Shown here: in pieces, positions 38,022 through 50,300 of the stretch
Position numbering within the stretch: the stretch's first letter is position 1
How the letters are laid out: each line of letters begins with the position of its first letter
NCBI RefSeq assembly: GCF_001194135.2
Contig: NC_068990.1
Span: 44,942,379-45,006,378, forward strand
From: Octopus bimaculoides
Taxonomy: Eukaryota
Reading direction: 5' to 3'
DNA: 64,000 nt
Notes under the pieces: generated by a model
What the model was told of the DNA's origin: nothing
Database searches by the model: none
What the model saw: the letters and a program-made list of their open reading frames with translations, nothing else
Made by a program: the position numbers and the translations under genes

Positions 38022-41000
38022 TTCCTAGATCCTAATAAAATACTTCTCACCCATGATCTAGCTTGCATTCAATCTACAAGAGTTCTAGGTTTTGAAACCT
38101 GATACACAAACACACACATACTCACTGAAGCTGAAAGAGCTTCTATGCAGTCACTCAACAAACTAGAAATAACAAACAAATCCTCATCATATCGCACTTA
38201 CTATCTTGTAAAATTGTAAGAAAAGAAAAGAACACATTTGGTAATTGAATCATGTGGTCCTCATATACAAACAAATGGGAGCAGACAAATGTTCAAAAGC
38301 TTAAGTGCCCTACAGGCATATATCAACATCATAAATATAACAAAAGAAGCAACATATACAGAGAACGATATACTCACTTTGGATCAAGACCACATACAGC
38401 TTGAATATCTCTTTTCTGAGACAATAACATCTCCTGCTTATCATAAAACGTGGATAATGTTTCCTAGAATGACATGAGAAGTGTTGAATTTATTCATTGC
38501 AATGAAACAAGTACAATACATTTTGAACAACAACAGCTGCTGCCACCACTACCACCATCCCCTCATTGTTGTCATCATCATTTAATGCCTGTTTTCCATA
38601 CTGGCATGGAATGGTGGTTTGACAGAATCGAATGACCCACAGAACTGTGCTGAGCTCCAATGTCAATTTTGGCACAGTTTCTACAACTGGATGTCCTTCC
38701 TAGCACCAACCAGTTCACAGTACATCCTGGGTGCCTTTTCTTCATGCCACTGGGACTAGTGAGATTATGAAGTAAATTGCAAGGTAAGTGAAGTAATAAA
38801 GAAAAAGTCCCCTTCACTGAGTGGACAGGTGTATTTGAGAGAGGGGAAGGTAGCTTTATACTAGGTGTTGAAAGGCTAGCAACATATAACAGAGGAACAA
38901 GCTATAGGAGAAGATACATAGTTACCCTACATAATGCAAGAAAGGATGGGAGTGGCTGGAAAGAAGATAGAAGAAACTCAAAGTACAAGAAGGTGAATAG
39001 AAAAGAAAATATGGGCAGTAGCACAGGGGAGGAAGGAGGAGAGTGTGGGTAATTTCATAAGTGTGGGAAGAAAGTAACAGCAAAGAGGTTAGAGATAGGG
39101 GTAGAGGTGAATGTAATGAGTGATGAACAAGAGTGTAGTTAACAGGAAATATTGGTATGGGGTGGGAAAGTGAGAGAGATAAAAATAGCTCAAGAAGGAG
39201 GATAGATTAGAAAGTAGCTGGATAATGTGCAAGGTGGTGCAGTTACAGAGCTGGAGGTTACTGCATAATTTTAAAATGACATTAACATAAAAATCTATGG
39301 TAAAATTAGTTCCAACAAAATTTACCCACATAATTATGCAGAAAGAATAAAAAGAGGAGCAATGGTAGTGACAATAATTTCTGCTTTTGCATGTGAGCAA
39401 AACTGCTGTAAGATTAAGCTGGACTAACAACTACATGATGATGAGTTCAAGTTTAATTACAAGCAGTGTTTTTTTTTTTGTTTTTTTTTCACAATTCAAA
39501 TATCTCAGTTTGCCTGACTGACTAAATTGTTCACTCCTTCTTTACAAGTTAGAAGTAGGAAGAGCATCCAATAGCAAAACTTATGGCTCCAACAAAATAA
39601 CTGTAATTTGAGGAAGATTTCACTTATTTCTAGTATATGGAGATACTTTATAGAGGCATTTTCGTTGGCTCAATAATGTTGTGTTATAACAACAAGGAAT
39701 ATCTTTATGAGATCTAATCCCTGATTTACTTAAAACCTTGCCAGGCTTATTTATCTCTGCTCTTACAAGCCAAACAGGGAACTGATAAGCAGTTTCTCAA
39801 TTTGTAGAAATAGCAGCCACATCTTCTTCAAACCACACCCTATTATTATCAACATGCTTATATCTACTTTCCCATACTGGTAGGTTGGAACAGGTCATCA
39901 CAGTCAAAATCAGTTCTTATTGGAAACTACTGCCCTCACGGACTGAATCTTGTACATTTCATTTTCGGCACGGTTTCTATGCCTGGATGCCCTTCCTTTC
40001 ACCAACCACTTTCCAGAGTGTACAGAGTATATTTTAATGTGGTACCAGCACTAAAGAGGTTGTCATATCCTACTTACAAACAAAACAAAAAAAAAACATG
40101 CATATTCAATCATGTGTATAAATGTAAGCAAACAAATTTGTTTTTGTTTTTTTTTATTAGAGGAGTTGAAATGTATATTGTACAATACAAATAAGATCAT
40201 ATTTTTTCAAAAAACAGAGCTGCAGAAATACTGGGTAAATTACCCTTAAAAGACAGAAAAATTTGTCAACAACCAGTCATGGAACACAAATATTTGTTTG
40301 TTTACATTTATACACAAGCTTGTTTGTTATATAAAACTAAAGTTTTTAGCATCTAATTTGGCAGATGAATTTGTCAGCGGACAGTTTAGCTTAATGGTAA
40401 AGCACCCAGCCAGAGTCTCTGAAAGATATGGGTTCAAGTCCCATGGCTGGTTGTTGCCAAATTTTTCCACCTTGTAAGGGTAATTTACCCAGTATTTTTG
40501 CTGTTCTAACGGCAACTCTGCATTTGAAAGAATATGATCTTCTTATTTGTATCGCATATTCAATAATGTATACCAATAAGCATGAAAAGATGCGATAATG
40601 ACAAGATGACACAATTTTGATCATACATGTTTGCTTTGGCAACTGCATGGCTTCAAGTTTGCAAGTTTGATCCCAGTCCAAGATACATTTAGTGAGTTTT
40701 CTATCCTAGCCTTGGATTGACCAATACCTTGTTATGGGAATCTGGTAGTGGAAACAGTGTAGAAAGAAACCTGTTGGATGAACCATCTCCGTTGCTCTTT
40801 TGTAGTTTTAATTTGATGCACTATCTCCACCACCTGACCCTTGAGCAATTTTAACAGAATTCACTCTGAAGTAAGTATCCAAATCAGAGGCTCTGATAAA
40901 AAGCCATATGCACTGTTTTCATCCTCTGGTTAAACCACAAATATAAAAATGAAAAAAAAAACCTTATTCAGTATTTCAAAACCGCTGGTTAACTAATTCT

Positions 41001-43379
41001 TTTGATACCAACCTACCTAATGCTGCTTTTGGTTCTGTGATCAAATTTCCTATTGTAAAGTTTTCTACATTAAAACTTTCATTAAAATTTCAGGTTACTT
41101 TAGGTTTCAAATACAAGCATAATTAATAATTACAGCTATTTTATTAAACTCCTCGTTATTTTTTAAATTAATTGAAACAAAGGCAGTGTTTTTCAACAGA
41201 AATATGGTAACAAAACTGGCACTTTGTTGGTTACAACAACAGGCATTACAGTCAATCCGATCAATGGAACAGCCTACTTGTGAAATTAACGACCAAGTGG
41301 TCGAGCCCTCCACAGACACATGTATCCTTAACATAGTTACTACTCATTTTTGCCAGCTGAGTGGAATGGAGCAACATGAAATAAAGTATCTTGCTCAAGG
41401 ACACAACATGCCGCCAGGAATCAAATTCATGACTTTACAATTGTGAGCTGAATTACCCCGAACACTAAGCCATGTTCCTTCACAATCATCATCATCATCG
41501 TTTAACGTCCGTTTTCCATGCTGGCATGGGTTAGATGGTTTGACTGAGGTCTGGAGATCCAGCAGCTGCACCAGGCTCCAATCTGATCTGGCAATGTTTC
41601 TACAGCTGGATGCCCTTCCTAACACCAATCACTCCGGGAATGTAGTGGGTGCTTTTTACGTGCCACCAGCACGGGGGCCAGTCAGGGGATACTAGCATCG
41701 GCCACGTTCGGATGGTGCATTTTACATGCCACCGGCATGAGAGCCAGTCAAGAGGTACTGGCATTGGCATCAAAAGGGTTAACAGAGGTAGCTGAAGAAA
41801 ATAACAATATGGTAACAAAAAGGCTGATGTCTATAGAACCTCTTGTGAATTCCTCTTCATAATCCTGATACTCAAATATGTTATTGTTACTTACACTGCA
41901 TCTGTTTTCAGTCATCTGAGAACAACCTGATCCATCATTACGGACACAACAAGCTGATTTGCGCTCAAGGTCTCGATCTTTTTCCAAAGCATCCAATATG
42001 TTCTTATCTTTTCGCATACAGGGAGAATATTTGGCACCCAAGTGAATGAGATCAGCCTAAGGAAAATACAAAAATAACTGTTAGAGGTAAACAAAATATT
42101 AGACTTTGATAGAATAACAGGGCCGTACAGTGTGGTTTAATAGTTGCTTCTCTGTTTCTGATCAGAAAGTACTGTTGTGGAGATAACAGATTCTTATTAA
42201 CAATCCATTCTCATATATGAATATCTATTAGAATTATTGTCTACAAAGAGTGATACTGAGTGTTATCATAGACACTGGCCNNNNNNNNNNNNNNNNNNNN
42301 NNNNNNNNNNNNNNNNNNNNNNNNNNNNNNNNNNNNNNNNNNNNNNNNNNNNNNNNNNNNNNNNNNNNNNNNNNNNNNNNNNNNNNGACAGGTGCTTATA
42401 TTTACCTATTAAAAAAAGTTCAAGTCTAAATCTTCAGCCTATGGATCCATTAAAATTTATCAGAATTTATCCCACTTTCTTTGGTATTTAAGGCAACTGA
42501 ACATACAAGACTCCTTCAAGAATGTGTCAGTGTGTTGAAGAATTAACCTCCTTCTCCAGTTGCCACAAGTATATGTGTTCAACTGAGTAAACAAGCATTG
42601 TGAGAGTAAGCGCTTTGCTCAAGGACACAACACTCCACTCAGTACAAGAATCAAACGAGCTACCTACTTCCTCCCTCCACTCACAACTGCTTGCCTTCCT
42701 CTTCACCCATTTTACCTTTAAATTTCCCTGCATTATGATTTGAAATGTTAGATTTTGATTTCTCCACCCTGAAGACAAAGGCTGGATCTACTCAATGTTT
42801 ATATGCTTCCATTATTGATTGCATATTATTGTAAAATAAATCTGCCACATTACAAAGTAGCTACAACCCCCAGAAACAGTTATCGGACCTGTCCCACCAT
42901 ACCTTCTCCCCTTTAATTTTCTGTCTTTGCACTGAGTAAGTTTGTTCTATTAATATATAAATGCCTATATACTTATACTTGAATATTCATTATCTGAAAA
43001 TTTTTCCATTTTTGCTTTCTCTCTATTCACATGTATAAACATATATATATTTTGTATATCTAACCCAAGCAGTTATATTTGTTTATGTGATTATATATGT
43101 ATATAGTTACCTATGTAGATATGTTGGCGAGCTGGCAGAATAGTTAGCACGACAGGCGAAATGCTTAGTGGTATTTCGTCTGCCATTACATTCTGAGTTC
43201 AAATTCCGCCAAGGTCGACTTTGCCTTTCATCCCTTTCGGGGTCGATAAATTAAGTACCAGTTATACACTGGTGTCGATGTAATCATCTTTATCCCTTTG
43301 TCTGTCCTTGTTTGTCCCCTCTATGTTTAGCCCCTTGCGGGCAATAAGGAAATAAGATATGCTATAAATGTATGTGTAT

Positions 43380-43413
<34 letters not shown>

Positions 43414-46400
43414 ACATATGTTAATATACATTATACCTATTAGTTATTGTGTTTATTATATATACCAACATCTCAATGTTAAACAGTTTTTGTTTACATG
43501 AGGCATGACAAGTGGGGAGTCAAGGTGAACAGTCATCTCCAGATGTAGGTGTAAAGGGATGCAATATTTCCTTTTGCTTATCATGCTGTCTAATTAAAAT
43601 AGGGGCATCAAAACTCTTGACCATCAAGCAGAGAACCCTTCACTATATCACTGATAAATACAGAATGTTTTTTTTTATAAATTAACACTAAATAATGTTC
43701 TCATTTAAAGCTATACATCTGAAGTAGACAATAGACAGTTGACTGAATAAACCCCAAAGCATGACAGGTATTATAAAAGACAAGAAGCAAAGATAAGAAG
43801 CCTTGTAATATGTGAACTCAGAGCAGCAGATTTATGAACAAGAGTTTAGTCTAATAAGATATAGTTTTTGCTAAATACTGTTTACTAATTAATATTAATT
43901 ATTGCAACAGTTGTTAATATTTCTAAAATCATTAATATGGTGAGCTGGAAGAAAAATTAACATCCCAGGCAAAATGCTTATCAGCATTTCATCTGTCTTT
44001 ATGTTCAAAGTCCAAATTCTGTCAAGGTCAACTTTACTTTCATCCTTTCAGGGTCTAGTGACTCCTGGCAGTCAAGCAGGAAAGCAAAACGAAAAAGGGA
44101 TCTAACAAGAGTAATCTCCCTCGACCTTCTCGAAAATTCTTGGATATTCTAGAAGCTTTCAATTAACTTCCAGATGATGTGGAAGTCAGGGATTTCTGGT
44201 TCATCCCTTATATAAAGCAAACACAATTCTAATTTCGCACTCCTTTTGCCTGTCAGTTCCTAGGGATGCACATTGAGCCACGCCACTCACACACACACCC
44301 GCACGTGCACATATTCACTTCATTCGCTTTGAGACGTGGTTCCAAAGTATGGTCAGGTAATATGTTACAAGCCTTTTCTTTCAAACCATTCTTATATGTT
44401 AACGTATTGCATCCAGTAATAAATATGTTATGACTTATTTTGAACAACTCACAAGTTCTTATTTTTCTTGTCATTTTACATACAAGATGGTGATCCCTCT
44501 TTTTCGCATGCAATTGTAAAATTGTAGGTTGTCACATACTGACAAGGGGTTGGTAAAAGAAGTACCAGTTGAGCGTTGGGGGTCAATACAATCAGCTTGC
44601 CCATCTTCTTGAAACAGCTGACCTTGTACCAAAATTTGATGCCAATATTTCTAACATCATTCAACTTTTGTTGCACTTCAGTTTCATTGCATTTGAATAT
44701 CATGAAACCATATATGACATTTATATCTGGCATATTAAATACTTAAATAACTACTTAAACATACACAACTGGATTCATTTTCCCTGATTATTGAGGAATG
44801 GGAAAGAAAATCAATGCCACAAGGCATCAAACAGGATATTGTCAGCCACTAGTAGAGATCAGTGCCCCCATCACCACTGTTTATCCTCTAATACTGATCA
44901 CTGTTGATCAACCATAATGGTCGTTCTCCTATTGTGGATTCTGTTCCCCCACAACTGACTTCCTTCTACTGTAGATCATTGCTCTTCCACTGCTATCTAT
45001 CCACTACTGTGGATCTTATCACCTCCATCACTACTACAATCCTCTACTATGGATCATTGCTGTTCTACTGTTGCCTAGGCCCCTAGTTTGGCTATCTGCT
45101 CTAGGTCATTGTCTAACTTGTTCTTTCAACACATTTTTCTTAACCCTTTTCATAACAACCCACCTGAGACTGCCTCTGGTTCTATGATACAGTTTTCTTG
45201 TTTAAGATTATCTAAATTAAAACCATCCATACAAAATTTTATGTTAATTTAAGTCCAGAACACCAGCTTAATAATGACAAAGTTGTATTTTTAAATTCAT
45301 CATTATTTTCAAAATTAATTGAAACAAAATCAGTGTATATCAACAGACTGTTGGCTGCGTCTCATGTTTCCGAGCTTGCAATCCAGTTCATTTTCTTGGG
45401 TTTTTGAACCACAGATGGCTCCGCAATCCAAGGGTTGCATGAAATATACGGGGACATTGTAGACAAGGTATAGAAGGGGTTGGTTTGGGAAGGAGAAGGT
45501 GCTGCTTTCTCTCCCGTCTCTTGAGTTCAGCTCTTGCTACTCGGGCTTTCTTGAAGTCTGCTGAACCCGTTTTGATGGTGTGTCTCCAGAGAGGTCTGTT
45601 TGCCGAGATATCCTCCCAGTGAACGGGGTCAATGTTGGTGCTTTTCAAGGCTGATTTGAGTTGGTCCTTGTACCGCCTCAAGGGGCTCCACGAGGACGTT
45701 TTCCTTCAGACAGTTCACCGTAGAGACAGATCTTGGGAAGGCGGTGTTCATTCATCCGACAGGCGTGACCTGACCATCGGAGACGATGTTCAATGATCAA
45801 GGCTTCGACAGAAATATGACAATAAAATATCAACAGCAATATGATAATAAAAGGGTTAAACAACAATACATTGATAATACTTTGTATGTTACCTGACTAG
45901 GACCAAACCACATATTAGCAACATCTCGATATTCCTTATATTCAATTGCCAGGCTTGGCATCAGAACCTGAAGTAATAACAAAAGAAAAAAAGCTACAAA
46001 TGAATATTTACAACTTTTAGTTTAACAAAGATACATAACAATGTTTCCATCAATAAAAATTAAACAACTTTTTTTCTATTTCAAGTAAAATACTCATCAA
46101 TATAAAATGTAGATCAAATTAATTAGTCAAAAACTTTCTAGACAGATTACAAAGAGGTGCTGAAAAGTTCCTGGCTTTGGGTAAAAGGAAATACAGGAGG
46201 ATCAGTTAATTATGATTATATTGAACATATTCCCCTCTCAGATTCACACAGTTATTGCAGCAGTTCTTCAGTTTTCCTAAACTGTGCAAAAGAACTTGGA
46301 AGATTGGGCCTCCAACCAGGCCTTTCACAATACCCTTAAAGTCAGGAACTTTTCAGCGTCCCCTCGTACATCAAAAACAACAGCCAATGTATCAAATACT

Positions 46401-46714
46401 ACTCTCTGTAGTCCAGGGAAAGAATATTGTGAAATGTCTTTTTTTTCTGCCTTCAGTGCCAGAACACTTTATCACCATCATCAACACTTTTCTATTCTTG
46501 CATGAGTTGGACAGAATTTACTGACACAGATTTTATATGGATGGGTGACCTTCCCATTGCCAGTCCTTACATGTTTCAAAGGAAGGTAATATTTCTCTAT
46601 GGTCAGACATACTTTTGCAAAATAATAAATGACATTCATTTACAACAATCACGATATCTCGACAAGGAGACACAAACATACACACACTCTCATACACACA
46701 ACATGCATAAATAA

Positions 46715-46746
<32 letters not shown>

Positions 46747-47362
46747 NNNNNNNNNNNNNNNNNNNNNNNNNNNNNNNNNNNNNNNNNNNNNNNNNNNNNN
46801 NNNNNNNNNNNNNNNNNNNNNNNNNNNNNNNNNNNNNNNNNNNNNNNNNNNNNNNNNNNNNNNNNNNNNNNNNNNNNNNNNNNNNNNNNNNNNNNNNNNN
46901 NNNNNNNNNNNNNNNNNNNNNNNNNNNNNNNNNNNNNNNNNNNNNNNNNNNNNNNNNNNNNNNNNNNNNNNNNNNNNNNNNNNNNNNNNNNNNNNNNNNN
47001 NNNNNNNNNNNNNNNNNNNNNNNNNNNNNNNNNNNNNNNNNNNNNNNNNNNNNNNNNNNNNNNNNNNNNNNNNNNNNNNNNNNNNNNNNNNNNNNNNNNN
47101 NNNNNNNNNNNNNNNNNNNNNNNNNNNNNNNNNNNNNNNNNNNNNNNNNNNNNNNNNNNNNNNNNNNNNNNNNNNNNNNNNNNNNNNNNNNNNNNNNNNN
47201 NNNNNNNNNNNNNNNNNNNNNNNNNNNNNNNNNNNNNNNNNNNNNNNNNNNNNNNNNNNNNNNNNNNNNNNNNNNNNNNNNNNNNNNNNNNNNNNNNNNN
47301 NNNNNNNNNNNNNNNNNNNNNNNNNNNNNNNNNNNNNNNNNNNNNNNNNNNNNNNNNNNNNN

Positions 47363-47397
<35 letters not shown>

Positions 47398-50300
47398 TCA
47401 TTGTCACTTAACATCAGTTTTCCATGCTGGCATGGGTTGAATGGTTTAATAGGACCTGTTAATCCACAGGGGTGTGCCAAGCTCCAACATTAGCTTTGAT
47501 GGGTTTTCTATTATTGGATGCCTTTCCCAACACCGACCATCTTACAGTGTGTACTGGGTACTGTTTACATGCCTCTGGTATGTAAAAAGTCACCAAGTAG
47601 TTTGCAAGACAGAAAAAGAACAGAAGAGAGAAAAGCTCCCATGATTAAGTGTGAGGTATTAGAGAAGGGGAGGTAGCTTTTTGCGAGATGCTAATGTATG
47701 ATAGAGAGACAAGCACAGGTATCTTGCCATAGAGGGAGTACATGGCTACCCAACATTATATAAGGTTGGTAGTAGAAACTGGGAAGAAGATGAAGATAAA
47801 AATGGTAGTGACAGAGTGCCAGAGCAAACTTTCAAAGTACAAAATGGTGAGCTTAAGAAAGAATATGGTAAGTGGATCAAGAGGAAGGAAATGGTAGGTA
47901 GTTCATAAGAATGAAAGGGGAGATTAGAAGATGGTTAGAGATGAGAGTAGAGGTGAATGTAGTGAATGATGAGCAAGGGTGAAAGTGTGATTGGTAGGAA
48001 ATATCAGAATAGAGAGGGAGACTCTAAGAAAGACAACAGTTGGAGGATAGATCATAAGGGAGGAGGAGGATGTGCAAGGTGAAGGAGTGATGGAGAGGAA
48101 GATAAGTGGGTACATAAATGTGTGTTTAGTGAGTAAAGTATGATGGTGGATATGAGAGAGTATTGAGAATGATAGCAGATATATGAGGTGATAAGATGGA
48201 GTATGGTGGAGAAGATGAATATCTGAAGGCATAGAGAGGAGGTGAGAATAGCATGGGAAAAGGAAAGGAAGATAAAGAGAATAAGTAAAGATTCAAGAGG
48301 AGGAAGAGGTAACTGCCAGTGCAAATAAAGTGAGAGGAGGGAGTAATATGTGCTGATTCTGTACTCAAGCAATTATTGCCACTGAGTAGTGTCATAGAGA
48401 TATGATGTGGAGAAAGAGGCTAAGTGTTAGGAGAATGAAGTACAAGGAAATGCTTAACATGGTCTTAGAATGGGTTACAAGCTTACATAGATTGTATTTA
48501 GGACATTGTTTTTCTTGTGATGGATGGCTCTTTTCATGCACAGTGAATCATCAATCATCTCAGTCCTTTGTCATTTTCTTTATTAGAGTGTGTTCTTAAT
48601 TTCTTGAAATTATCTCCCATCCTTCTTGAGAATCTCTGTTCTAATCCAGAGGGAAATTTCAAAACATTCAGTACACCTTCCTTAATTTTATTCAAAAATT
48701 TGAATAACTGGTGCTCCTGAATTATTCCTCTTAATTTCTTTTACTTTTATTTTATACATAAATGTGTATTATGTGTTGTTTTTGCTTTTTTTTTTCCGTT
48801 TTTGGAAATAAGCATGTAATACACATGCACACAAACACACACACATAAATTTGTAGTAAACTTTACAGCAAAAAAAAAAGCTATGTTATTCTTATTAATA
48901 AACCGTCTCTATAATTAATAAAATTAATTAATGTTGCCATTTTCATGAAAAGGGTACACAAGTATTAACTTATAATGTAATAATATTATGAAGCCAGTGG
49001 TCAACAGAAAGACCATCCAGTTCCAAATTCCAAGTCAAGACCTCATACAATATGATGCAGGATCTGAGACATTTGAAAAGAATCTATAATTTAAATGCAC
49101 TCAACTCTCACCATCATGAAAACTCGAATCAAAACATAAGCAAGGTGACAATGATAATTAAGTATCATACTTGAAAATAAGTAACAAAAAAATTCTAAAC
49201 TATCAAAAGAAAGTCTGTTTTTTTTGTTCATTTGTTTTTCTAGATTGGCATGTAAGATACTCACAGGTTCTGATTTATCATATTCCATAATTCCAAAAGG
49301 AGCAGGACCATAAACAGAAATGGAGACCAGGAAGACAATAATCTGTACAAAGGTGACCCAGTATGTGAAATAAGGCCTGAACAAAGAAAATAAATAAGAT
49401 GTCTTATTGTATAAGAATACAGCAGAGCTAAATATGGTGGGTCTTTTTTGTTTTGTTTGCTTTTTTTAATGGTTTAGTCAAAGGCTCTTTGGCTCTTTTC
49501 AGGGCCAAACAGGATTGGTGGTAGAAAGTTCTCCTAAGACCAGACACTTAGCCTGAATGCTTGCAACAGAGTGAACCTCTTCTAAAAGCACTCAAGAGCC
49601 TGATGGTGGTGCCAAACCAGATGACAGATTAAAGTTTACCACATAAGAACAGAAATGTTTCACCAAACTTTATGCACAAGGAGCTGGTTAACTCAAAGCA
49701 GTAGTAGAAGACAGTGACTTGCCCAACCCAAGGTGTTGCACTGTGGGATCAAACCTGAAACCATGTAGTTTGAAAGCAAATTTCTTAATCACACAACCAT
49801 TCATTATAATTTATCCTCAATGTGTTATAACATTTCCTTTGCAGCCCAAAGTTGTATTAACAACTTACACATCTTGATAATATGCATACAGAACAACATT
49901 AAATACAGAAATGTGAAGGCATGTGGCTTAGTGGTCAGGGTATTCAGTTCACAATTATAAGGTCATGAGTTCGATTCCCAGCAGCACATTGTATCCTTCA
50001 GTAAGACACTTTATTTCACATTGCTCTAGTCTACTCAGCTGGCAAAAATGAGTAGTACCTGTAATTCAAAGGGTTGATCTTGTCACATTTTGTGTCATGC
50101 TGAATGTCCCTAAGAACTATGTTAAGGGTCTCTGTGGAGTGCTCAACCACTTGTACATTAATTTCACAAGCAGGATGTTCTGTTGATTGGATCAACTGGA
50201 ACCCTTGTCATCATAACTGATAAGTTCCAGTAGTAAGTACAGAAATGATATAATAATTCCACATAAAGGATGTAACTAAATATCATAACAATAATGACAT

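Noticed and set aside
42650-42800. CCCTGAAGACAAAGGCTGG as another hammerhead-family remnant
   Set aside because: The second half of stem II and GAAA are missing; too short to distinguish from chance
47924-48395. Ser/Leu/His-rich ORFs read as an LINE endonuclease or RT fragment
   Set aside because: Apparent motifs (AHHSLH, LSPLLI) are weak and arise from pyrimidine-rich composition; kept only as a non-coding repeat
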